From Candidatus Microgenomates bacterium (lineage in GTDB: Bacteria > Patescibacteriota > Microgenomatia > JACQLA01): 64,000 bases of DNA. The notes under the pieces were generated by a model. It had not been told where the DNA came from. It was given only the letters and a program-made list of their open reading frames with translations, and did not search any database. The position numbers and the translations under genes were made by a program. The stretch is from contig JACQLA010000003.1 in NCBI GenBank assembly GCA_016204255.1, positions 184,088 through 248,087 of the forward strand, written 5' to 3'. Of this stretch, positions 48,136-57,000 are shown one piece after another (within the stretch, counting starts at the first letter, position 1; each line of letters starts with the position of its first letter).

Positions 48136-49349
48136 CTTCAGCAAGTCAGAAAAGTAAAATATCCTATAAAAATTGTGCGATGAGAAAAGAACAAGTTCTA
48201 GCATACAAACCAAATAAACGATTTAATCCTGTATTTCAGTCCGCAGAAGACCCAAGAGTTGCCTTTGTCGACAAAAATACGGGAGCATCATACAGAAGCG
48301 TACGAAAGGAATTGCTTACTAGAGAGCAGGAAATAGAAATTGCGCAAAATATTGAACGCGGTATTGTTGCCTACCACCTCCTAAGAAAACACGACCCGAT
48401 AAATATTAATCAATCAATAGAAGGAGTGATTCTGGATCGTGTAGCCGCAGAAAGTGAGGATACAAAAACTCCCGAATTTAGAAATAAAGTTGATGGGAAT
48501 CTTTCAGATCTGCGGAAAAATTTAGTCATCGAAGACCTTTTCCCAGAGATCAATGAGAATGAGCTTTCTGAAAAGGATTTAGAAGAATTAAAAAAAATGG
48601 TCGCTAGAGCTAAAGAATCCCGCGATCAGGCAGTCGAACATAATCATGGACTGGTTGTGGAAACCGCTAAATTTTATTATAGAAAAAAAGGTTCTTTAAC
48701 AATGGATGACCTCATCCAGATAGGTAAACTTGGATTTTTAAAAGGTCTGGCAAGATTTGATTGGCGCTCAGGCAATAAATTTTCAACCTACATTCCTCAC
48801 TGGGTAAAACATATGATTACTGAAGCAATAGGTAAAGATGGCTCAATAATTGCTCTGCCGAGTCATCGCATAGACTGGGAAAGGGTATATGAAAAGGCCT
48901 ACGATTTCCTTCTCGACAAAATGGGACAACCTCCTACTGATAGCGAAACTGCTCAATTTCTAGAGTGGCCACTCTCAAGAATCGAGTTAATAAAAAGCGC
49001 GCCAAAAGCGAATATTTCATTGGAGGCACCCAAATACGTAAAGGGCAAAGAACCGGTTGCAATTGGAAGCATGATCGAAGACCCAAACGACAACGATAAT
49101 CCTATATTATATGCGAATCATGCAGGTTTAGTTAGAGATTTAGAAATAGCTTTAAAATCTTTAAACCCAAGATGGAGAAAGATTTTAATGATGCGCAGTG
49201 GCATCGGCTACGATCACGAATATACTCTTGAAGAGGTTGGTAAAGAATTCGGTGTTACTCGCGAACGTATTCGTCAAATTGAAGCCCAAGCTCAGGAAAA
49301 AATATCCAAGAAATTTTCCCATTTACAGAATCATCTCTGGAACGATTAA
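48132..49349 (+). CDS. RpoD-like sigma-70 factor, paralogue 1 (alternative start ATG 48180)
   Basis: Region 2 (HNHGLVVETAKFYY..DLIQIGKLGFLKGLARFDWRSGNKFSTYIPHWVKHMI). Region 4 (YTLEEVGKEFGVTRERIRQIEAQA). Confidence 0.75.
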   Translation: MTSASQKSKISYKNCAMRKEQVLAYKPNKRFNPVFQSAEDPRVAFVDKNTGASYRSVRKELLTREQEIEIAQNIERGIVAYHLLRKHDPININQSIEGVILDRVAAESEDTKTPEFRNKVDGNLSDLRKNLVIEDLFPEINENELSEKDLEELKKMVARAKESRDQAVEHNHGLVVETAKFYYRKKGSLTMDDLIQIGKLGFLKGLARFDWRSGNKFSTYIPHWVKHMITEAIGKDGSIIALPSHRIDWERVYEKAYDFLLDKMGQPPTDSETAQFLEWPLSRIELIKSAPKANISLEAPKYVKGKEPVAIGSMIEDPNDNDNPILYANHAGLVRDLEIALKSLNPRWRKILMMRSGIGYDHEYTLEEVGKEFGVTRERIRQIEAQAQEKISKKFSHLQNHLWND

Positions 49350-49393
49350 AGTCTTGACATTGGTCACCTGAAGTATTAAAATAACCTATAATT

Positions 49394-49417
49394 CTCCAGT
49401 TCCGACTGGAGTTTTTT
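49394..49417 (+). terminator. Intrinsic terminator between the two sigma-factor genes
   Basis: ctccagt-tccg-actggag followed by T6. Preceded by a promoter-like TTGACA-17-TAAAAT at 49354..49382. Confidence 0.5.
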
Positions 49418-49434
49418 GTTTTTAATTTATACTT

Positions 49435-50601
49435 ATGGCCGTACAACACGAACAATTTAATAGAAGCAAAACGATAATTCATCCGGATTCTTCCGAGGTT
49501 CTTCCGTATAGTTCTTTGGTCAACCCGGATGAGCGGGAATCTAATAATGGAGATCTTCTTAGTTTTGAAGAAGAACAGACCACCTTTAGTGAAATTGAAA
49601 AGGGATTAGTCAGCTGCGATGATCTTCGCAAAAAGGGATTTAAAATTGAAGCTAACATGCTTGATTATATCCTTCACTTTAAAGCTGGCGGCGATGGGGC
49701 TAAAAAAAGAAATCCTGAAGAAGTAGTCGCGGAGATTAAAAATCAAATAATGGACGAGGAAGCTCCTTTTATCTCTATTATGGAATTATTTTCCGATGGT
49801 CAAGTAATTAAAGCAAAAACTGAGCAGATTAAAAAAGCGACTGCGGCTGTTAATAGACTTATTGAAGCCAATATAGGGCTGGTTAAAAAGATTGCTGGGC
49901 AAGAATATGAAAAAAACGAGGGCTCAAATAGAGGAATTGATTTTAGGGATGTAGTCCAGGCTGGACTATTTAAAGGCATCCCTCAGGCTATTGGTGTTTT
50001 TAGATGGCGTGACGGATTAAAATTTTCTACTTGCGCGACATGGTGGATCCGATCAGCAGCTCAGAGGGAAATGGCTGGATCCCGAACAATCCATATCCCT
50101 TTTGGCGTTCAAGAGAAAGTTACTGGAGTTGACCACGCTAAATCAGATTTCCAAATGACTCATGGTCGGGAACCTTCAACTGAAGAACTCCAGACATACG
50201 GGTTCTCTAAAGAAGAAGTTGAGCGAGTTGATAGAGCTCGCAGAATGGATCCGGGTTCTTTTGATCAACCGATAAATTCTCCCGAGGCAGATAAGGAATT
50301 AAGTCGCGCCTATTTCATCGCCGATGATGATCCAGAAACACAACCAGAAACTGCAGTCGAGCAAACCGTTGGCGAAGAAAAAGTGGAAGAACTATTGAGC
50401 CTTCTTACTAACCGGGAAAGAATGGTTGTGGAATTCCATCTAGGATTAAATAATCAAAAAAAACATACACTGGAGGAAATCGGAATTATACTCGGAATTA
50501 CTAGAGAACGCGCCCGACAAATAGAAGCAAAGGCTTTTAAAAAGATGGTCACCTCTGAAAAGGCTGCGGAGCTTAGAGATCTAGTAGATTTTCAAGACTA
50601 A
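49435..50601 (+). CDS. RpoD-like sigma-70 factor, paralogue 2
   Basis: Region 2 (NIGLVKKIAGQEY..DVVQAGLFKGIPQAIGVFRWRDGLKFSTCATWWIRSAA). Region 4 (HTLEEIGIILGITRERARQIEAKA). Confidence 0.75.
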   Translation: MAVQHEQFNRSKTIIHPDSSEVLPYSSLVNPDERESNNGDLLSFEEEQTTFSEIEKGLVSCDDLRKKGFKIEANMLDYILHFKAGGDGAKKRNPEEVVAEIKNQIMDEEAPFISIMELFSDGQVIKAKTEQIKKATAAVNRLIEANIGLVKKIAGQEYEKNEGSNRGIDFRDVVQAGLFKGIPQAIGVFRWRDGLKFSTCATWWIRSAAQREMAGSRTIHIPFGVQEKVTGVDHAKSDFQMTHGREPSTEELQTYGFSKEEVERVDRARRMDPGSFDQPINSPEADKELSRAYFIADDDPETQPETAVEQTVGEEKVEELLSLLTNRERMVVEFHLGLNNQKKHTLEEIGIILGITRERARQIEAKAFKKMVTSEKAAELRDLVDFQD

Positions 50602-50605
50602 TCTC

Positions 50606-50634
50606 TTGCAATTCAAACCTATTATAAGTATAAT
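50606..50634 (+). promoter_or_regulatory. Sigma-70 promoter (TTGCAA-17-TATAAT) for rpmE-prfA
   Basis: Near-consensus hexamers, 40 nt upstream of the rpmE start. Confidence 0.5.
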
Positions 50635-50675
50635 AATCTGGCGAATCCTTTTGAGTTTCGCGATTTTTTAAGATC

Positions 50676-50996
50676 ATGAAAAAGAATATTCATCCACAAT
50701 GGTATCCAAATGCACAAGTAATTTGTGCGTGCGGTAATGTTTTTACAATCGGTTCAACCACGCCGGAAATTCATACCGAGGTGTGTTCCCGTTGCCACCC
50801 CTTTTATACGGGCCAGCAAAGATTTATCGACACTTTGGGTCGCGTTGAAAAATTCCAGCAGAAGGTAAAGTTTGCTCAAGAACACGCTCCTGAGATTTCG
50901 GCCAAAAAAGCCAAGAAAGAACGACTGAAAAAAGAAGAAGCCCCTAAATCCTTCAGAGATTTCAAAGCAATGCTCTCGCAACAAAAACAAGGATAA
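50676..50996 (+). CDS. rpmE: Ribosomal protein L31 with Lys-rich C-terminal extension
   Basis: [10 protein letters not shown].., the CxCG....C..CHPFYTG zinc-ribbon pattern, and an extra roughly 40-aa basic tail. Confidence 0.85.
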   Translation: MKKNIHPQWYPNAQVICACGNVFTIGSTTPEIHTEVCSRCHPFYTGQQRFIDTLGRVEKFQQKVKFAQEHAPEISAKKAKKERLKKEEAPKSFRDFKAMLSQQKQG

Positions 50997-51004
50997 AACT
51001 TTTT

Positions 51005-51709
51005 ATGGCTTCCAATATTTCTGCGATTATTTTGGAAATCAGGCCGGCTGCCGGAGGTTCGGAGGCCAAAATTTGGGCCCAAGACCTTTTACGCATGTAT
51101 CTTCGTTTTGCTCAAAACCAGGGATACAAAACCCAGCTTTTAGATGAAGGGGTTTTAAAAATTGCAGGATCGGATGCTTTTGAAAAACTGAAATTTGAGT
51201 CCGGCGTGCATCGCGTCCAAAGAATTCCGGAGACGGAAAAAAGGGGCCGGATTCATACTTCAACGGCTACCGTGGCCGTTTTGCCGGAAATCCCGGAAAC
51301 CGAAATTCATGTCCGTCCAGAAGATTGTGAATGGGAGTTTTACCGTGCTTCTTCTCAAGGCGGACAAAATGTCCAAAAGGTTTCCTCGGCTGTCAGACTT
51401 CATCATAAACCGACAGGGGTTGTTGTAACTTGTCAAACTGAACGCGATCAATGGCAAAACAGACAAAGCGCTCTTTCACTTTTAAGATCTAAGCTTTGGG
51501 AAAAACAGGAAGAGGAAAAAGAAAAAACTGTCGCTGGCTATCGATCATTAATCGGGCGGGGTATGAGAGCGGAAAAAATCCGGACATTCAATTTTCCTCA
51601 AAACCGCGTTACAGATCACCGTATTAACAAGTCATGGCACAATCTTGAGCAGATTGTAGACGGACGTTTGGAACCGGTGGTTAGTACCGTCACCGCCACT
51701 CTTTCTTAA
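51005..51709 (+). CDS. Class-I peptide chain release factor, RF1-like, lacking N-terminal domain 1
   Basis: Begins at the RF domain-2 block (AIILEIRPAAGGSEAKIWAQDLLRMY). P-x-T-type tripeptide region HRVQRIPETEKRGRIHTSTATVAV, GGQ motif SSQGGQNVQK, 234 aa. RF1 homologues are about 360 aa. Confidence 0.75.
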   Translation: MASNISAIILEIRPAAGGSEAKIWAQDLLRMYLRFAQNQGYKTQLLDEGVLKIAGSDAFEKLKFESGVHRVQRIPETEKRGRIHTSTATVAVLPEIPETEIHVRPEDCEWEFYRASSQGGQNVQKVSSAVRLHHKPTGVVVTCQTERDQWQNRQSALSLLRSKLWEKQEEEKEKTVAGYRSLIGRGMRAEKIRTFNFPQNRVTDHRINKSWHNLEQIVDGRLEPVVSTVTATLS

Positions 51710-52872
51710 GGCGCCTCCCCTAAAGTAACTGACAATTTTGATTCTACGCCATTTCGCCAACTGGTTAATTCAACCCGATCCCCCACCTTTTTTTTGGAAA
51801 TAATTTGGGCTAAATCCCCCTCATTTTCTCGAATGTTTTTACCATCAATTTTGGTAATAATATCTTTCTCTTTAATTCCCGATTTATCTGCCGGCGAATC
51901 TTGCGTAACTTCTACTACATATGCTCCTTCAGGCACGTCGTTTAAAAGAGCGGTATTCCGACTAATCATTTTGTAACTTACTCCCAAATAGGCGCGGGAG
52001 AACTTACCGGTTTGTTCAAAATTTACCAATGAGTCTTTAATTAAATTTATGGGCAAAGCAAAACCGATATTTTGTCCTTCGGCAGCCACTGCGACGTTAA
52101 TGCCTACCACCTGTCCGGCGGAGTTTAAAAGTGGACCGCCGGAATTTCCGGGATTTATGGCGGCATCTGTTTGAATTACATCATCCAGTCTTTCTGCCGC
52201 CCCTTCAAAAGGTGAGCCGGCCGTAATCCCCCGCCCAAGTCCTGAAACAACTCCTGTTGTTACGGTATTGCGAAATTCGCCTAAAGCAGTTCCAATAGCA
52301 ATCACGAATTGACCAACCTCAAGTTTGGAAGAATCACCCAATTCAACCGGCTTAAGATTCGAGGCATCGATTTTTAAAATTGCCAAATCATTGGCTGTAT
52401 CCCGATAAATTTTCTGAACCTGATAAACCTTTTCGTCGGAAGTAACAACCTTATACTTACCAGTGGTGTCGGAAACTACATGCTTATTAGTAACAATCAT
52501 TCCGTCAGAAGAAATAATAAAACCCGAGCCGATGTCCTGTTCAATTTTCTTTTCCTGAAGTTGTGGCTGCTGTGGCCGAAGAATACCAAATGGGTCAAAC
52601 GGGTTAATTTCAAAAGGTTGGCTCACCTGTTGTTTTTCCATTCCAATTGTTACCACCGATGGCCCCACCTTTTTCACAACATCTATTACTACCGATTCCT
52701 CAGTTACAATCTTCACCTTTTCCTGGCCAGGGAGAAACTGATTTTCTGTTTTTGGAATTTCAAGTCGAGGAAGACGCTGGCTCAAAGTGTCCCAACCACC
52801 AAAAAGTCCGGAAGAAATACCAATAGCCACAAGTACAACAAGTATTGAAACGAGAATAAAATTTTTTTTCAT
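51706..52872 (-). CDS. HtrA/DegP-family serine endoprotease with PDZ domain
   Basis: Catalytic GNSGGPLLN, trypsin-like His/Asp blocks and a C-terminal PDZ. N-terminal TM anchor. Confidence 0.85.
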   Translation of the reverse strand: MKKNFILVSILVVLVAIGISSGLFGGWDTLSQRLPRLEIPKTENQFLPGQEKVKIVTEESVVIDVVKKVGPSVVTIGMEKQQVSQPFEINPFDPFGILRPQQPQLQEKKIEQDIGSGFIISSDGMIVTNKHVVSDTTGKYKVVTSDEKVYQVQKIYRDTANDLAILKIDASNLKPVELGDSSKLEVGQFVIAIGTALGEFRNTVTTGVVSGLGRGITAGSPFEGAAERLDDVIQTDAAINPGNSGGPLLNSAGQVVGINVAVAAEGQNIGFALPINLIKDSLVNFEQTGKFSRAYLGVSYKMISRNTALLNDVPEGAYVVEVTQDSPADKSGIKEKDIITKIDGKNIRENEGDLAQIISKKKVGDRVELTSWRNGVESKLSVTLGEAP

Positions 52873-54119
52873 CTCACCAACGTTTCAATCGCCTTTTGAA
52901 GCTGAGGGTCTTTCGTGGGATCATCCGAGGCAGTTATTTCAATATCTGGGACTAGGCCACTTTCAACGCCCTTACCCGAGGGTAATAACCATTTAGCGGT
53001 GGTGATGTGCAAACCCGCACCCTGACCGACATCTTCTGCCTCCTGGATACTGCCCTTACCAAAAGACTTCTCGCCTAAAAGCTCGGCGCGATTATTTTCT
53101 TTCAAGGCTCCGGCAACAATTTCTGAAGCCGAGGCCGAACCCTTGTTAATTATAACAATCATCGGAATTGTCGTCAATTTCCCGGGTTTTTCAACAACAT
53201 AGGGCCGCTTTTGTCCTCCGGCATTTTCCTGTTGGACAACCGTTCCTTCTTTCAAAAATTCTGAAGCCACCAAAACGGCACCGGATAAATATCCGCCGGG
53301 ATTATTTCTTAGATCAAAAACCAACCCCTTAATTGAACTTCCCGCCGAACCTGAAAGCTGAGTTCTAATTTCGTCTATAGCTCTATTCCACTCACCCACT
53401 TCATCCCCGAATCTTGATAGCTTTAGATAGACAACTTTGCAATTCTTCTCTCCTCCTTTACAATCCTCGCTTTCTTTTATGCTCCATTCCACACTTTTAA
53501 CAATAATCGTATCCCGAATAATTTCTATATCTTTCGGTTTTGTTTCATTTTCGCGCAAAATTGTTAAAACAATTTTTGTTCCTTTGGGTCCTCGAATTTT
53601 AGCAACTACCTCAGGAACGGTCCAGCCGATTGTTTCTTCTGAACCAACTTTTAAAATGACATCGCCAGCTTTAATGCCCGCACTTTCAGCCGGAGAACCC
53701 TTTAAGGGAGCAACGATTAGAATGGAGCTGTCTTTTGCCCCAAGCTGAGCCCCGATTCCTTCGAATTTTGTATCACCCAAATCCGCCTTGAAGGCTTTAT
53801 TCTCTTCCGGAGGCAAAAATACGGTATAGGGATCGCCAACTGCCTTGGTCATTCCGGTGATTGCACCGTAAACCATTTGTTGTGGGTCAAGTTTACTTTT
53901 ATCAATATAATTTTTGGAAAGACTATCCCAAACATCCCAAAAGAGTTCAAAGTCGACGTCGCGCTGGGACGGGGGTTGGCGATTGATAACAGAGTATTGC
54001 GGACGCCAGTTTTGCCAAGCCAGTTTTACTTCATATTTACCCAAATTGTATCCGATCTCACCAGAGAGAATGATGAGCGCTAATATTAAAATATATTTTC
54101 TTGCGTTTGTGATTTTCAT
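52869..54119 (-). CDS. C-terminal processing peptidase (S41, CtpA-like) with PDZ domain
   Basis: GLVFDLRNNPGGYL and the S41 Ser/Lys dyad region. N-terminal anchor. 4-nt overlap with htrA. Confidence 0.85.
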   Translation of the reverse strand: MKITNARKYILILALIILSGEIGYNLGKYEVKLAWQNWRPQYSVINRQPPSQRDVDFELFWDVWDSLSKNYIDKSKLDPQQMVYGAITGMTKAVGDPYTVFLPPEENKAFKADLGDTKFEGIGAQLGAKDSSILIVAPLKGSPAESAGIKAGDVILKVGSEETIGWTVPEVVAKIRGPKGTKIVLTILRENETKPKDIEIIRDTIIVKSVEWSIKESEDCKGGEKNCKVVYLKLSRFGDEVGEWNRAIDEIRTQLSGSAGSSIKGLVFDLRNNPGGYLSGAVLVASEFLKEGTVVQQENAGGQKRPYVVEKPGKLTTIPMIVIINKGSASASEIVAGALKENNRAELLGEKSFGKGSIQEAEDVGQGAGLHITTAKWLLPSGKGVESGLVPDIEITASDDPTKDPQLQKAIETLVR

Positions 54120-54850
54120 GACTTGCTAATAACGACTAAATTTTTTTCCTCACCAAAAACAATCACCTGGTGATCAACATATTTTAACACTTTTTTAAAA
54201 TTATCGGGAGTCAAAGCAAGAAAAGTCAGGGGGCAAACATCCATTTCGCCTCTAAAATCTGTACCTAAAATGGCCTTGATTTGCAAACTTTTTGCTTTAA
54301 TTAACGCCTCTTTTGTCCAAATTTCCGCCGCAACAATCTTTTCTTCCAATTCGGATGTTAAATCATAAAGACCGACTGTTGGATTTTTTAAGCTGACTAA
54401 TTCTCCCGTAACTTCGATTCCTCCGCCTTTTTCGGCCGGTATTACGGTCCCGGCACAATCAATAACTATCTCATCATTTTTAATTTCGACTATCTTCCCC
54501 GCAGCCGGAGCTTTTAAAATTGTTTTTTCGCCTTTTATGCCAACTGTTAAAACTCCAGTATCTTCCTCAAGTTTTTCCAGCGTTCCGGAAATAGGACTTT
54601 TGATTTTTTTCTCTCCCAAAAGGCCTTTTTTCCGGGCGATTATTTCACCCTCTATAACTTCGTCGCCAATTTTTTTAACCAATACGGTTATGACTTTGTT
54701 GGGTCTAAGACCGGAGGCTTTTGCCAGATTGAGATAAACTTCGTCTAATTTATTTTCTATTTCGGCCAGAGAATCACCACGGGAAACTTTTTGTCCCTCT
54801 GAAACTAAAATTTTTCCTTTTTGGGGAAGGCGGACAGTTAAATGACTCAT
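54116..54850 (-). CDS. Hypothetical protein with N-terminal biotin/lipoyl-like (barrel-sandwich hybrid) segment
   Basis: VSEGQKVSRGDSLAEIE motif. 244 aa. 4-nt overlap with ctpA. Confidence 0.3.
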   Translation of the reverse strand: MSHLTVRLPQKGKILVSEGQKVSRGDSLAEIENKLDEVYLNLAKASGLRPNKVITVLVKKIGDEVIEGEIIARKKGLLGEKKIKSPISGTLEKLEEDTGVLTVGIKGEKTILKAPAAGKIVEIKNDEIVIDCAGTVIPAEKGGGIEVTGELVSLKNPTVGLYDLTSELEEKIVAAEIWTKEALIKAKSLQIKAILGTDFRGEMDVCPLTFLALTPDNFKKVLKYVDHQVIVFGEEKNLVVISKS

Positions 54851-54857
54851 GAAGATG

Positions 54858-55091
54858 TTAAATTCTTGCGACGAAAGGCAAGAGGCTCAAATGGCGAGCA
54901 CGCTTCACCGCGATCGTTAGTCTTCGCTGATGTTTTGCGCAAGTTCCGGTTTTTGAGCGATCTAAAATCTTGCCTCGTTCTGAAATAAAACGGCGTAAAA
55001 CCTCGTCGGCCTTAAAATCCGGCAACGTTTTATTTTCACAAAAATAACAAACTTGGCGTATGGGACGCTTTTTAAAAACTTTTTTATACAT
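54858..55091 (-). CDS. rpsR: Ribosomal protein S18
   Basis: [28 protein letters not shown] signature. 77 aa. Confidence 0.9.
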   Translation of the reverse strand: MYKKVFKKRPIRQVCYFCENKTLPDFKADEVLRRFISERGKILDRSKTGTCAKHQRRLTIAVKRARHLSLLPFVARI

Positions 55092-55097
55092 TGGTTA

Positions 55098-55643
55098 TTA
55101 AAATGGGATATCGTCAGGATCGATTTTTTCTTCGCCGCCTTCTTCTTTCTCTGCTTCTTCAGCATTCTTTTTACCTTTGCTCCCTTTTCCCTGGGACTTA
55201 CTTGAACCTAAATTTGAAGGCGTGTTACTTGCTAAAGAATCAGTTTCCCCGACTTCTTCGCCTACGCTCGCTGTCTCAACTTGAGGCGCTGCTTCCTCAA
55301 CCGGACGGCGGGAATCCAAAAGAATCATGTCGTCAATTACGACTTCTGTAGTTGTTCGCTGACCGCCATCTTGCCCCGTCCAGGAACGGGTGGAAAGTCG
55401 GCCTTCAACATAAATTTTTCTTCCTTTAGTCAAAAGTTGGGAACAAAGTTCGGCTAATTTGTTCCAGGCTACAATGCGGTGAAACTCGGTTTCTTCCTTT
55501 TTCTCTCCGCCATCAGTTGTCCAAGAACGGTTTGTTGCCAAACCAAAAGTACAAACAGCCGTTCCCTGAGGAGTATAACGCAATTCAGGATCCCTTGTTA
55601 AATTACCAATCAATTGAACTCTATTTAACGAACGTGAAGCCAT
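55098..55643 (-). CDS. ssb: Single-stranded DNA-binding protein
   Basis: NRVQLIGNLTRDPELRYTPQGTAVCTF OB fold, an acidic C-terminal tail ending DDIPF. Confidence 0.9.
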   Translation of the reverse strand: MASRSLNRVQLIGNLTRDPELRYTPQGTAVCTFGLATNRSWTTDGGEKKEETEFHRIVAWNKLAELCSQLLTKGRKIYVEGRLSTRSWTGQDGGQRTTTEVVIDDMILLDSRRPVEEAAPQVETASVGEEVGETDSLASNTPSNLGSSKSQGKGSKGKKNAEEAEKEEGGEEKIDPDDIPF

Positions 55644-55673
55644 TTTTACCTCCTTGCAAAGTTACAAGTCTAA

Positions 55674-55958
55674 TTACTCTTTCCTCACAAGTAAATGCCT
55701 TAAAACTTCTCCTTTCATTTTTATCTTCTTCTCAAGTGAGGCAGTTTTTCCTTGCGGAAGATCTAAAGCATAATAAACATAAAACCCTTCTTTTTCTCTC
55801 TTAAGGGGATAGACCAAATTTTTCTTTCCCCAAAGATTTTCGGTTTCAACCTTACCTTTTGCTTCTTCAACCAGCTTCTTAATTTCCGCCAAAAAATCCG
55901 CGCGAACCTTTTCGCTCAAATCAGATTTCAAAACTAAAACCAGTTCATAATTACGCAT
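55674..55958 (-). CDS. rpsF: Ribosomal protein S6
   Basis: MRNYELVLVLKSDLSE.. N-terminus. The ORF track's earlier start at 56009 is probably unused. Confidence 0.85.
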   Translation of the reverse strand: MRNYELVLVLKSDLSEKVRADFLAEIKKLVEEAKGKVETENLWGKKNLVYPLKREKEGFYVYYALDLPQGKTASLEKKIKMKGEVLRHLLVRKE

Positions 55959-55971
55959 GGGGAAAAGTATA

Positions 55972-56919
55972 TCAAACTGGATTTCCTTTGGCAAGAGGTA
56001 CGTTCCCAACCGGAGAGCTGGCGTGATTTTCGTTTTGAAATGAGACTATATCTCCATCCTGGATTAGATAATCATCTTCAACCTTTTGTACCTTCCCTAC
56101 CTCTTTTGCTTTCTGCCAGTTTCCTAAGCTTAAAATTTCTGCGGTTCCAATTACCTCGACTTGGGGAAAATTTTGATTTGAATCAGCTTGTGTTTCCTTG
56201 ATCGCTTCTAAAATGGTCTTTCCCTCTTTAATTGACCACGCATGAAGCACTCCCCGATTAAGAGTGTAAAAAATGATAAGGTTTAGAAGTTTAAAACAGT
56301 GATCAATAATCGTATTTATATTGCCATCTTCATTTTCTCCATTTTTTACACAGGAAAAAATTACCTTATCTATCTTCATTTCAAACTGAAGTTTTTGCCG
56401 TAATTTCTCAATTGTAACTTTGTCATTTGCAACTGTTTTATCGATATTTATCAAATACAGAGTCGGTTTTTTAATGCCCGCCAGCCGTAACTCTTCTTTG
56501 ACAACTTCAATATCTCTAGTTGGGTTTATAGACCCCATAACATGAGGAACGCTTTTAGTGGCATATTCGGAGGTCATGTGAAGCCTGACATGATCAAAAA
56601 ACCGCACAACATGCAAAATAGCATCGGCTTCTCGAATATGGGCCAAAAAATCATTACCCAACCCTTGTCCATGATGAGAGCCTTTAACTAAACCGGCGAT
56701 GTCAAGAAATTGTATTGTCGCGGGGAAGATCTTTTCGGCTCCGAGCATCGAGGCCAGATTTTTAACCCGCTCATCCGGAACCTCAATCACCCCGGTATGG
56801 GAATCGGTAGTGGTGAATGGATAATCAGCGACTTTGGAGAATTGACGTTTAAGAAGCAGGTTAAATAATGTTGATCTTCCCGTATTTGGCAAACCCACAA
56901 TTCCGATTTTTAAAGACAT
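55972..56919 (-). CDS. Divergent YchF/Obg-family GTPase paralogue with Walker-A Lys to Arg (GLPNTGRST)
   Basis: Collinear with YchF ([11 protein letters not shown], a TGS-like C-terminus) but with GxxxxGRS in place of GKS. Shortened central region. 315 aa. Confidence 0.65.
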   Translation of the reverse strand: MSLKIGIVGLPNTGRSTLFNLLLKRQFSKVADYPFTTTDSHTGVIEVPDERVKNLASMLGAEKIFPATIQFLDIAGLVKGSHHGQGLGNDFLAHIREADAILHVVRFFDHVRLHMTSEYATKSVPHVMGSINPTRDIEVVKEELRLAGIKKPTLYLINIDKTVANDKVTIEKLRQKLQFEMKIDKVIFSCVKNGENEDGNINTIIDHCFKLLNLIIFYTLNRGVLHAWSIKEGKTILEAIKETQADSNQNFPQVEVIGTAEILSLGNWQKAKEVGKVQKVEDDYLIQDGDIVSFQNENHASSPVGNVPLAKGNPV

Positions 56920-57000
56920 TATAAGTTATTATTCAAGATAAACAATTCCTAAAGACTACCCTATTAACAGATAAACATATTGTAATAATTTGTGTCAACT

